Part shown: positions 15,433-23,723 of the stretch, piece by piece
Position numbering within the stretch: position 1 is the first letter of the stretch
Layout of the letters: the number at the start of each line of letters is the position of its first letter
Position numbers and translations under genes: made by a program
The notes under the pieces: generated by a model
Told to the model about the DNA's origin: nothing
What the model saw: only the letters and a program-made list of their open reading frames with translations
Databases searched by the model: none
Assembly: GCF_016900875.1 (NCBI RefSeq)
Contig: NZ_JAFEUM010000001.1
Span: 235,241 to 275,240, forward strand
DNA length: 40,000 nucleotides
Direction of reading: 5' to 3'
Origin: Vibrio ulleungensis
GTDB taxonomy: Bacteria > Pseudomonadota > Gammaproteobacteria > Enterobacterales > Vibrionaceae

Positions 15433-15465
15433 GTTCTATTTTAAGATTTCAGTCGCGGAGGCTGT

Positions 15466-16233
15466 GTGGCTAAAAAATATTATGTTGTTTGGAAAGGACG
15501 TGAAACGGGCATTTTCACCACTTGGCCTAAGTGCAAGTCACTGGTTGATGGTTTTGCGGGTGCTCGGTATAAGTCGTTCCCAACTTTAGAAGAAGCCGAG
15601 TCTGCGTTTGGTGGTAGCTCGACTAATACCGCTGCGAGCAAAGCAATAAAGGGCGCAAGCAAGCCTAAAAAAGTAAAAGCAGCTCCGCTCACTCAGCAGC
15701 AAATTGATGCTATGGAGTATCAAGTTAAAGTCTTTACCGATGGCGCCTGCGATCCAAACCCAGGTGAAGCGGGGACTGGTCTGGCGGTGTATGACGACAA
15801 TGTATTGAGTGAGCTTTGGTATGGCCTTTACCAATCTATGGGCACAAATAATACCGCTGAGCTAAATGGTCTAAACCAAGCGCTGATCATCGCTAAAGAG
15901 AAGTTAAGCTCTGGCCAAACTGTGGGTATTTTTTGTGACTCTAAATACTCAATCGACTGCATTACCAAATGGGCCGCTGGTTGGGAGAAAAATGGTTGGA
16001 CGAAAGCGGGTGGTGAGATTAAAAACCTAGACATTATTCAACCTGCGTATGCGCTGTATCAGGAAATTGCTTCTAAGATCGCTATTCATCATGTCAACGG
16101 ACACGTGGGCATTGAGGGGAATGAGTTGGCTGACAGGATGTCTATTGTTGCTATTGATGCCAAGGACGAAAATCTGTCACGCTACCGAGAGATTGATGAT
16201 GTTCCTGCCATATTAGCGCTGCGTACGGGTTAA
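15466..16233 (+). CDS. ribonuclease H (type 1) with N-terminal hybrid-binding domain (255 aa)
   Basis: The N-terminus KKYYVVWKGRETGIFTTWPKCKSLVDGFAGARYKSFPTLEEAESAF is the HBD (dsRHbd) pattern. The catalytic DEDD set is in VFTDGAC, NNTAELNGL, IFCDSKY and GNELADRMS. GTG start after GGAGG. Confidence 0.9.
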   Translation: MAKKYYVVWKGRETGIFTTWPKCKSLVDGFAGARYKSFPTLEEAESAFGGSSTNTAASKAIKGASKPKKVKAAPLTQQQIDAMEYQVKVFTDGACDPNPGEAGTGLAVYDDNVLSELWYGLYQSMGTNNTAELNGLNQALIIAKEKLSSGQTVGIFCDSKYSIDCITKWAAGWEKNGWTKAGGEIKNLDIIQPAYALYQEIASKIAIHHVNGHVGIEGNELADRMSIVAIDAKDENLSRYREIDDVPAILALRTG

Positions 16234-16249
16234 TATTGATACGCCTATC

Positions 16250-16340
16250 GAGGTTATTTGAGTCGGCTTTATGAACGCGTGTAGACTCACTTTTGCTTAA
16301 CTAGGCTACGCGCCAGTTTCTCCTTAAAGTCGGTAAGCCA
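16250..16340 (+). repeat. attC relic (candidate)
   Basis: It contains GAACGCGTG (16273-16281, identical 9-mer in attC 5), a central inverted repeat CGCGTGTAG/CTACGCG, and an end CTCCTTAAAGTCGGTAAG resembling CACCTTAATGCGGCGTTAG. Confidence 0.3.
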
Positions 16341-16371
16341 CCACGATGATGTAATCGCGGTGGCTAAAAAA

Positions 16372-16713
16372 CTACTTGTCTACAAACATGTGATTAGCTT
16401 TAGTCACACCGCGATCGTAGGTGCAGAATGTATCGGTTGCGGCTTCAGTTTTACTGTGAATTTTGATGTTAGTGATCACTTCAAGAGCGCCCGCGTCATA
16501 ACAGGCTTGTTGGGCGTCTTTTACAATCTCGAGCAGATGGTTTAGCTCTCCTCTCATTGTTGTTTCCATCGCGCCTACCTGAAAGGGCACATCCGCCGCT
16601 TTTACCACCTCAATCGCTTTATCAACGACTTCAAAGTTATTCCCTTCTTTTAGTCTAGGGATAACTTGGAATGCGACGTATACGTCTTTGATGACTGGGT
16701 TTTGATTGGACAT
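16372..16713 (-). CDS. MTH1187/YkoF-like thiamine-binding-fold protein (113 aa)
   Basis: VAFQVIPRLKEGNNFEVVDKAIEVVKAADVPFQVGAMETTMRGELNHLLEIVKDA matches the DUF77/MTH1187 pattern. It is reversed relative to its neighbours. Confidence 0.7.
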   Translation of the reverse strand: MSNQNPVIKDVYVAFQVIPRLKEGNNFEVVDKAIEVVKAADVPFQVGAMETTMRGELNHLLEIVKDAQQACYDAGALEVITNIKIHSKTEAATDTFCTYDRGVTKANHMFVDK

Positions 16714-17003
16714 GGTTGTTTTATCTCATGATTTTTACAGATGCTGCATGTTACCATTTTTGCGGTTGTGGTGAAGTCGGTTGGCAATCCTCCCCATAAG
16801 CTATCGACCGATAGGTTTTGCTTTTTGACCTGTCTTAGTGTGAAAATCAACAGATAAAGTATTGGATACGAGACATATTTGTCATCGCAGTCTTGCTAAT
16901 GTTTGGTATGTATCTCATTGATTATCAATTGATTACTAAGCCTCGCAACACATTTAAGTTAGCATGCACAGTGTATTGGATATCGCGTAAAAAGGAATGA
17001 TTA

Positions 17004-17294
17004 ATGGCCAAGTATCAGTTCTTCTGCCAGCCAGGAAAAGAGCGACAAAACTTCACGTTTCTTGTCATGGGGACCGAGACCTTTTTAGAAGAAAAGGCTC
17101 AGCTATTGAACTCTGGGCTTGAAGTTGACGGTGACGTCATTTTTGCGTCCACCGATCGCGAAGCCATCGAGAAGTACACCTCCCACTTTACTCACCTGAC
17201 GGAAGAGATGAATAATTCTCACCCAGAAAGTGCAGCGGTTAATGCGTTTTTGCAAATCGCCAAGGCAATTAACCAACGTTGGTTCAAGCGCTAA
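17004..17294 (+). CDS. hypothetical protein (96 aa)
   Basis: ORF with AAAGGA RBS upstream. No family recognised. Confidence 0.5.
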   Translation: MAKYQFFCQPGKERQNFTFLVMGTETFLEEKAQLLNSGLEVDGDVIFASTDREAIEKYTSHFTHLTEEMNNSHPESAAVNAFLQIAKAINQRWFKR

Positions 17295-17308
17295 GCGTCC
17301 GTTTCTAC

Positions 17309-17385
17309 GAGTCAAAGCATGTATGATTGGAACGCAAGCGCGCATCGGTTTGCCCGTTGTCTAACCTTACTCAGATTTGTTAGGT
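17309..17385 (+). repeat. attC relic with mutated R''
   Basis: CAAAGCATGTATGATTGGAACGC (17313-17335) aligns to the consensus CAAAGCATTTAAGAGTGATTCGCAACGC. The end AACCTTACTCAGATTTGTTAGGT keeps L'-like ACCTTA and R' GTTAGGT (17379-17385). The position expected for ATAAC reads GAGTC. Confidence 0.4.
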
Positions 17386-17418
17386 GGTTTACGTCCACAA
17401 TTTATTGAGAAAGACACA

Positions 17419-18126
17419 ATGAAAAAAGTAATGGTTAGTTTACTGCTCGTCGTCGCGCTGGCAGCAGGCTTGTGGCAGCTTAGCAAAGCGAGAAGTTTCC
17501 AGCTGTTTGGCGACATTGTGTCACAGGTTGAGACGTCCGAGAAGCTTATTGCGCTGACATTTGATGATGGACCGTGGAATGCCGATATTACTGACCAAGT
17601 GTTAGACACCCTCAATCAGCATCAGGTGAAAGCAACCTTCTATTTGAATGGCAAAGGTATGGCGTCCAACCCTAATGCGACCAGCAGTATCATTGGTCAT
17701 GGACATGAGATTGGCAATCACAGTTACTCACACGACAGATTGGTGTTTAAAACTCCCACAGAAATAGCCTACGAAATTGAGACCACCAATCAATTAATTC
17801 GTTCGGCTGGGTATGAGGGCGACATTACCTTTCGGCCGCCTTACGGTAAAAAGCTGTTTGTATTGCCGCATTACTTGTCTCAGCAAGACATAGTCACTGT
17901 AATGTGGAGCATTGAGCCCGAGACCTATTCAGAGATAAATAAGAGCTCAGAATCCATCGCAGAGTTTGTTATCGAGCAGTCAAAGCCAGGGGCGATTATA
18001 TTGCTGCATGTTCTTGGCAGCAAAAACACTCACGCCAGAGACGCCTTACCCTCTATTATTGACGGATTAAAGCAAGACGGATTTGAATTTGTCACAGTGT
18101 CTGAGCTGCTTGAGAAAAAGTCTTAA
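17419..18126 (+). CDS. polysaccharide deacetylase (NodB-homology domain), secreted (235 aa)
   Basis: Signal peptide MKKVMVSLLLVVALAAG. NodB motifs TFDDGP, HEIGNHSYSH and RPPYG. Confidence 0.85.
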   Translation: MKKVMVSLLLVVALAAGLWQLSKARSFQLFGDIVSQVETSEKLIALTFDDGPWNADITDQVLDTLNQHQVKATFYLNGKGMASNPNATSSIIGHGHEIGNHSYSHDRLVFKTPTEIAYEIETTNQLIRSAGYEGDITFRPPYGKKLFVLPHYLSQQDIVTVMWSIEPETYSEINKSSESIAEFVIEQSKPGAIILLHVLGSKNTHARDALPSIIDGLKQDGFEFVTVSELLEKKS

Positions 18127-18245
18127 CAAAATGATAGGCTCAGATAATGTGTACCAGCCTTAAGAAGCTCACAAGTAAGTGACCATTCACTTACCCTGTA
18201 ACTCGACCTATTCTTTCACGGGATACCGAATCAAAAGGAAGCAAC

Positions 18246-18527
18246 ATGAATTTAGATAAAGCAAAAAAGCGAATCGCAAAACACGTTAAGAAAGGCTTCA
18301 ATGGTTACCCACAAATCACCTTAGCGTACTACGGCGATACCAAAGAGTGCGCAACAGAGGTGGTGCTTCAATTTAAGATGGCCGAGGGTGAAAGCGCCCA
18401 AGAGGAGCGGTTTTCTTGTGAGACCGAGATACGAGAAAATGAGCTTATTCAAACCACTGTGCTAAAGATTATTGAACGAGCGAACGTGAGTTCTGTGATT
18501 GAAGTTGAAGGTGTTGCGGTTCGTTGA
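18246..18527 (+). CDS. hypothetical protein (93 aa)
   Basis: AAAAGGAAG RBS followed by ATG. No family recognised. Confidence 0.5.
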   Translation: MNLDKAKKRIAKHVKKGFNGYPQITLAYYGDTKECATEVVLQFKMAEGESAQEERFSCETEIRENELIQTTVLKIIERANVSSVIEVEGVAVR

Positions 18528-18675
18528 TGAATGAACGGGCTAAATCAGTGCTCGAATTTCAATTAGCTGATTGATGAGTGTGACAGTCACTTTTAACTAA
18601 ACTAATTAAAGTAAAGGCTGAATTTACGATGCGAACTCGTATAAGCTTTGACTTTAATTATTGATGGAGGACTCA

Positions 18676-19014
18676 ATGCCGATTGCTCACTGCGTGCTCT
18701 CACCCTATGTTGCCAATCCAAGCAATGATTCAACACTGCTTATTGAAAAGTGGGGACGACATTCTGGATTAGACTCCTCAGAAATGACCATAACCATTGT
18801 ACAAGCGATAGACCAAGCGGGTAAATCGTACGACGCGACTTGCACCTTAACTTTACCCAACCTATGGTCACCTAAATCCGTGAGTTTGCTCCAATTGGGC
18901 TTGGCAAGCGCTCTCTCAGAGCATTTTGGGATCGAGCCGGATAAGGTTATTGTAATGACATCGCTTATTGAGTCTGGCCGCGTGGTTGACGGCGGAAACG
19001 AAATAAACTGGTAA
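18676..19014 (+). CDS. tautomerase/MIF-superfamily-like protein (112 aa), tentative
   Basis: Starts MP (Pro1 after Met removal) right after a GGAGG RBS. The C-terminal LSEHFGIEPDKVIVMTSLIESGRVVDGG resembles the MIF-type beta-alpha-beta repeat. The assignment is weak. Confidence 0.5.
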   Translation: MPIAHCVLSPYVANPSNDSTLLIEKWGRHSGLDSSEMTITIVQAIDQAGKSYDATCTLTLPNLWSPKSVSLLQLGLASALSEHFGIEPDKVIVMTSLIESGRVVDGGNEINW

Positions 19015-19020
19015 GGCGTT

Positions 19021-19085
19021 TTACAAGCCTATCGCTAAATTAGCGTAGAGTGATTGGCGCTGTGTAACACTTAAGCGCTTTGGCG
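19021..19085 (+). repeat. attC relic (candidate)
   Basis: TTACAAGCC resembles TAACAAGGC. A perfect palindrome CGCTAAATTAGCG lies at 19033-19045. AGAGTGATT (19047-19055) is identical to the attC 10 core. AACACTTAAGCG resembles CACCTTAATGCG. No intact R' is present. Confidence 0.35.
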
Positions 19086-19119
19086 CGTGCGGTGATGCGA
19101 AAGCGTGGGGAGATAGGAC

Positions 19120-19338
19120 ATGATCATCAAATTTAATGTCTTTGGCAAAGCGATGTCGGTGCATAGAAAAGAGCACCAGTGGCATTTGTACAATGAATCC
19201 GCGACTGGATTGCGCTCACGAGTTTATGATGTTGTTATACCTTCTGAATTGGAAGCCACAGAATTGGGCCGATATCTTGACGATATTTACCATGAGTACG
19301 CATCGGAAAAACACCCTAGCGTCGTTAAAGTTGGTTAA
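19120..19338 (+). CDS. conserved small hypothetical protein (72 aa)
   Basis: GGGGAGATAGG RBS region followed by ATG. The overlapping ORF 19136..19357 in another frame was rejected. Confidence 0.55.
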   Translation: MIIKFNVFGKAMSVHRKEHQWHLYNESATGLRSRVYDVVIPSELEATELGRYLDDIYHEYASEKHPSVVKVG

Positions 19339-19396
19339 CTCAATAACAGTTTTTTGAGGCGTTTTTGCCTTTCACGATGAACACATGGAGTGTGCA

Positions 19397-19993
19397 ATGA
19401 TCGTATACGGAGATATGCAGTCCGGTAACTGCTTAAAAGTGAAATTGTTACTGTCTTTACTCAATATTGAGCATCAATGGATGCACATCAATATTTTAGA
19501 AAAAGAAACACATACAGACGAATTCTTAGCACTAAACCCAAACGGTAAGATCCCGACCGTAGTTCTCGATGATCAACGCGTCCTTTGTGAATCTAATGCC
19601 ATATTGGGGTATTTTGCAGAAGGCACCGACTTTCTACCCACCGACACCTATCAAAAAGCCAAAGTGTACGAATGGCTGTTCTTTGAGCAGTATTCTCATG
19701 AACCATACATTGCGGTGGCGCGTTTTATTCAAAAATACCAAGGTATGCCATCCGAGCGTCTCGATGAATATCACTCGCTGCAGGCTGGTGGGCATAAAGC
19801 GCTGCGCATCATGGAGCAGCAGTTATCCAAATCAGCATTCTTGGTGGGTGACACTCTCACCATCGCCGATATTGCGCTGTACGCCTACACCCATGTGGCG
19901 GATGAGGGAGGCTTTAATCTAGAAAACTATCCCAACATTGCGCGCTGGATTCAGTCTATTGCGTCACTAGAAGGCTATGTAGGCATGTCTTAA
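19397..19993 (+). CDS. glutathione S-transferase (198 aa)
   Basis: N-terminal thioredoxin-like pattern SGNCLKVKLLL...NPNGKIPTVVLDD...ESNAILGYFAEG and an alpha-helical C-terminal domain. Confidence 0.85.
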   Translation: MIVYGDMQSGNCLKVKLLLSLLNIEHQWMHINILEKETHTDEFLALNPNGKIPTVVLDDQRVLCESNAILGYFAEGTDFLPTDTYQKAKVYEWLFFEQYSHEPYIAVARFIQKYQGMPSERLDEYHSLQAGGHKALRIMEQQLSKSAFLVGDTLTIADIALYAYTHVADEGGFNLENYPNIARWIQSIASLEGYVGMS

Positions 19994-20115
19994 GTCGCAG
20001 GTAGCACTCTCAGGTGGGAGGCGCTGCGAGTGGATTTGCTGTGTTAAAAGAAACCGCCCAATTGCGGATAATAACGTGATTGGCTGCGACAGTTTACAGA
20101 GTACAAGGAGTTACG

Positions 20116-20523
20116 ATGAATATTTCCATAGAGGTCATGGTCAATGCCCCTCTCAGCACTGTTTGGAGCGCGTGGACGTCGCCTACAGACATCACCCATT
20201 GGAATTTTGCCTCTGACGACTGGTGCTGCCCATCGGCCGATATTGATCTTACTGTTGGCGGGACATTCACCTACAGAATGGAAGCGAAAGACGGCTCGAT
20301 GGGGTTTGATTTTAGCGGTGAGTTTACAGCGATCGAACCAAGCTCAGCGATAGACTTTATCCTAGAAGACGGCAGAACAGTCACGGTAAGGTTTATTGAA
20401 ACGGCAACGGGTACTCAAGTGATTGAAACCTTTGATGCAGAGGACATTCACACAGGTGAAGAACAACGCCAAGGCTGGCTTAGCATTTTGAATAACTTCA
20501 AAAAGCATGCTGAGTCGCTCTGA
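20116..20523 (+). CDS. SRPBCC / AHSA1-domain protein (135 aa)
   Basis: IEVMVNAPLSTVWSAWTSPTDITHWNFASDDW...GTFTYRMEAKDGSMGFDFSGEF matches the Aha1/BPI-like START fold. AAGGAG RBS at 20104. Confidence 0.8.
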   Translation: MNISIEVMVNAPLSTVWSAWTSPTDITHWNFASDDWCCPSADIDLTVGGTFTYRMEAKDGSMGFDFSGEFTAIEPSSAIDFILEDGRTVTVRFIETATGTQVIETFDAEDIHTGEEQRQGWLSILNNFKKHAESL

Positions 20524-20806
20524 GTAGGCTAGGCCAGCAGTGTTCACATTAAGGGTGCTCTGTCCTTATCGTGCACTTTGCTCAGCTTGGGTACATTTAT
20601 TGGCACCATCACGTTTTGTACAGGTCCACGTTGTGTCACCAAACTCGATAGGTTTTGGGGCGTTGTCCAAGTTAAACACACAATACATTGGTACAGAATG
20701 GCTTTTGCAAGGATCTTGGCGAGTTGGTGCAATACGTGCAACGGCGCCGCAGGTTCCATCTTCATTGTACTAACGCAAAGCTGATGTGAGATCGAAAGGA
20801 CAAAAA

Positions 20807-21205
20807 ATGGAAAACCTTCATGGTAGTTGTCAATGTGGCCATGTTAAATTTGAAGTACTGGTAGAGATTAACCGAGTCGTTAATTGTCACTGTAATCGCT
20901 GCCGAAAAATGAACGGTGCGGCACTGTCTACTTACGGCGTTATTGCAGAAGACAAGCTTTCGATAATCAGTGGACAATTAAATAGCTATCGCTTTAAAGA
21001 GGGCGCGCATAAGCACTTTTGCGGCCACTGTGGGACAGCGATATACAATATAAACGCTCGTTATCCAGGGTTGGCAATGATCTATATTTGCACCTTAGAC
21101 AATGACGTTTTGCCTAAGCCTACCGTGAACATTTACTGTGATACCCAATTACACTGGCTGGAAAAAATAACCGCCATTCCTAGTTACCAGCAGCACTCTG
21201 GGTAA
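20807..21205 (+). CDS. GFA-family (CENP-V/glutathione-dependent formaldehyde-activating) protein (132 aa)
   Basis: Cysteine motifs CQCGHVKF, CHCNRCRK and CGHCGT. Confidence 0.85.
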   Translation: MENLHGSCQCGHVKFEVLVEINRVVNCHCNRCRKMNGAALSTYGVIAEDKLSIISGQLNSYRFKEGAHKHFCGHCGTAIYNINARYPGLAMIYICTLDNDVLPKPTVNIYCDTQLHWLEKITAIPSYQQHSG

Positions 21206-21342
21206 CGGCGGATCAATTTGTCACTTTTATTCAGCGCTGCTGCTTGAAGCCTATGTATAGTTACGACGGTATTGGCTTTGTAGGCAGTTAAAGGTAACGT
21301 TAAGAAACACTTACTAAAATAATCACAGGCTAGAATTCCAAC

Positions 21343-21555
21343 ATGGACAGTGAGATTGAATGTTGCAGCGTCGAATCGCCTTGCGTGCGAAATTGCTGCT
21401 TAGATGAGCACGATATTTGTGTGGGCTGTTTTCGTAGCATTGACGAAATTGTTGCTTGGTCGGGTGCATCAGACCAAGAAAAGAAAACCGTCCTGCATCA
21501 TTGCCATTCACGAAAACATGCGCGAAAACAAGCTCGTGGAAATAAGCCTTCGTAA
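21343..21555 (+). CDS. DUF1289-like small Cys-rich protein (70 aa)
   Basis: SPCVRNCCLDEHDICVGCFRSIDEIVAWS matches the DUF1289 pattern. Confidence 0.7.
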   Translation: MDSEIECCSVESPCVRNCCLDEHDICVGCFRSIDEIVAWSGASDQEKKTVLHHCHSRKHARKQARGNKPS

Positions 21556-21666
21556 CAGTTGAGACAGTGCTCACTCGGCAATCGCGTTGCACTTTTGATG
21601 TTCTAAGTAAACTTTGCTAATCGCAATTTGGGTTTTGTAGCGTAATTTACAAAGAGAGGGATTCTA

Positions 21667-22323
21667 GTGACGATTCGTATCGAAAAAGGCTGGGACATCA
21701 GGCATGCCACGCAAGTAGCCACACTGTATGAAGAGGCATTTGGCGCTAAGTTTCAACGAGCTATTCCCGATAAAAAGCAGCGTATTCTCGTTCTCTCTAA
21801 AAGCTTTGTTACCGAGTTTTCCTTTGTTGCGTACAGTGACGATAAAATTGTGGGATTGTCTGGGTTTAATGTGCGAGAAGGGTCGTTAACTGGGGGAATT
21901 GGCGCAAAAGGGCTCATTCATCAACTTGGTCTTTTTGCTGGCCTGTGGGCAAGTGCGGTGTTTAGCCTGTTTGAACGAACGCCCAAAAAAGGCGAATTGG
22001 TTATGGATGGTATAGCCGTAGACAGTGATTACCGAGGGCAAGGGATTGGCTCGCAACTGCTCGACCAAATTATTTTGCATGCTCAAGACAATGGGTTTAA
22101 CTCGGTGAGATTAGATGTGATTGACAGTAATCCGCGAGCCAAAAAACTGTATGAATCGAAAGGCTTTGTGGCAACAAAGGTCGAGAGCTTTCCCTACCTA
22201 AAATGGTTGGTGGGGTTTTCGGGATCTACGACCATGATATTGGATCTTAGTACCTTAAAGTCGCTCGCAAAAGCGATAAATAGTGCCGCTGGGGCTGTGT
22301 CACAAACACGTTTAGCCAACTAA
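21667..22323 (+). CDS. GNAT-family N-acetyltransferase (218 aa)
   Basis: VDSDYRGQGIGSQLLDQIILHAQDNGFNSVRLDV...AKKLYESKGF (motif A, Q/RxxGxG/A). GTG start after GAGAGGG. Confidence 0.8.
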   Translation: MTIRIEKGWDIRHATQVATLYEEAFGAKFQRAIPDKKQRILVLSKSFVTEFSFVAYSDDKIVGLSGFNVREGSLTGGIGAKGLIHQLGLFAGLWASAVFSLFERTPKKGELVMDGIAVDSDYRGQGIGSQLLDQIILHAQDNGFNSVRLDVIDSNPRAKKLYESKGFVATKVESFPYLKWLVGFSGSTTMILDLSTLKSLAKAINSAAGAVSQTRLAN

Positions 22324-22378
22324 ACTGATTGATAGCCAACGACCAACGCACCACCAAATAATACCAAGAGGCAGATCT

Positions 22379-22918
22379 ATGACGCATGAAGATGTGATGA
22401 CATTTTGGTTTTCTGAGCTAGAGCCAAAACAGTGGTGGGTGAAAGATCAGGCGCTCGACGAGCAAATTAAACACCGCTTTGGCGCGGTGCATCAACAAGC
22501 GCACTCTGGAGAGCATGCCTCTTGGCGAAATACTGCTCGCGGCAGCCTTGCCGAAGTCATTGTTCTTGACCAGTTCTCACGAAATATTTTCCGAGATGCT
22601 CCCGAGTCGTTTGCCAGCGATCCGCTAGCGTTGGCTCTGGCGCAAACCGCGATTTCAAAGGGCTTTGATCGTGAGCTTACTCAGACTGAGTGCGGGTTTT
22701 TATATATGCCGTTTATGCACAGCGAATCGCCACTCGTTCATTTGGAGGCGGTAAAACTTATCCAGCAATTAGATAACCCTGAGCAGTTGGACTTTGAATA
22801 TAAGCACAAGGCCATCATCGATAAGTTTGGGCGCTATCCACACCGCAATGCGATATTGGACCGAACTTCAACTGAAGAAGAGTTGGCTTTTTTGCAGCAG
22901 CCCAACTCGAGCTTTTAG
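22379..22918 (+). CDS. DUF924-family protein (179 aa)
   Basis: FWFSELEPKQWWVKDQALDEQIKHRFG...LDQFSRNIFR...FGRYPHRNAILDR is the characteristic DUF924 pattern. Confidence 0.8.
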   Translation: MTHEDVMTFWFSELEPKQWWVKDQALDEQIKHRFGAVHQQAHSGEHASWRNTARGSLAEVIVLDQFSRNIFRDAPESFASDPLALALAQTAISKGFDRELTQTECGFLYMPFMHSESPLVHLEAVKLIQQLDNPEQLDFEYKHKAIIDKFGRYPHRNAILDRTSTEEELAFLQQPNSSF

Positions 22919-23006
22919 TGCTGGTACTAAATAGTGCAGCTTAAACATCGAGGTGCACTACGACTCATCAATGAGCAACCAAACCTAAGCAAAAGACCAA
23001 AGCGAA

Positions 23007-23420
23007 ATGACAGACCAAATTAAAGATACCTGCAAGTACTTAGATGGCGAGTACCCGATACATACTGAAATGGGGATTCCGGTTGATCATCCTAGCATTG
23101 CGGTGTTAAGTGATGCCGAACTGGCAGAGGCAGACACCAGTGGTTGGTATCTTTCTACCGCGTGCTGGCGAAACTATGTGGCTCGGTGGGCGGTAAAAAA
23201 TGGTCAATTGTTTCTGGAACACATTGATGGGAAATATCAGCTCTTAGATAACGCACCACTTCTTGCCCACTGGTTTACTGGGGAGTTGGAGCTTCCCTAC
23301 GGCAAGTTTTTAGGATGCAATCTGGAACTTGGCTATCAACTTTGCTACAGCCACAAGGTGTCCCTGAACTTTGAGGCCGGTAAACTGGTGTCGAGTAGGG
23401 TGGCAGAGAATACACAGTAA
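23007..23420 (+). CDS. hypothetical protein (137 aa)
   Basis: ORF track entry. No family recognised. Confidence 0.55.
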   Translation: MTDQIKDTCKYLDGEYPIHTEMGIPVDHPSIAVLSDAELAEADTSGWYLSTACWRNYVARWAVKNGQLFLEHIDGKYQLLDNAPLLAHWFTGELELPYGKFLGCNLELGYQLCYSHKVSLNFEAGKLVSSRVAENTQ

Positions 23421-23723
23421 CAGGTTACAGTCATTGACCCTTTAAGTGCTTTTTTGTGATGGTTTTTTGCTGCAGGCTTATGTCGAGTGAGTCGCAAAGA
23501 ATGGCTATACACCCCTTTTCTAATTACGTCATACAGGCGGCTAAACTATTTTCTGGTTACCACCATTCGATGGATCGCTTCAAACACCTTACAGAGCCAA
23601 TTTGGCGCCTTCTATAGCCCATTTCGAGCGATTTTAACTTGTTGTTTTTATTGATTTTGTTTTTCTTGTGAAGTTAACACTACGTGGTAATCTTCAGCGC
23701 ATTAGAATGATGAGGAACTCGCA

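Noticed and set aside
16336-16365. The hairpin AGCCACCACGAT...ATCGCGGTGGCT between the RNase H gene and the reversed gene, considered as a terminator.
   Set aside because: The T-run is on the wrong side for either strand: an A-run follows it on the plus strand and a T-run precedes it on the minus strand. It is not called a canonical terminator.
16714-16900. A TPP riboswitch upstream of the thiamine-binding-fold gene.
   Set aside because: No CTGAGA or ACCTGATCTGGATAATGCCAGCG-type core was found on the minus strand.
16360-17345. Track ORFs 16360..16545 (+), 16650..16850 (-) and 17103..17345 (-).
   Set aside because: They are antisense to, or overlap, better-supported genes or leaders. None has an RBS or a recognisable motif.
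20540-20784. Three mutually overlapping track ORFs (two plus, one minus).
   Set aside because: They have implausible composition and no RBS. A different minus-strand frame looks more protein-like but lacks a start (reported as a low-interest finding).
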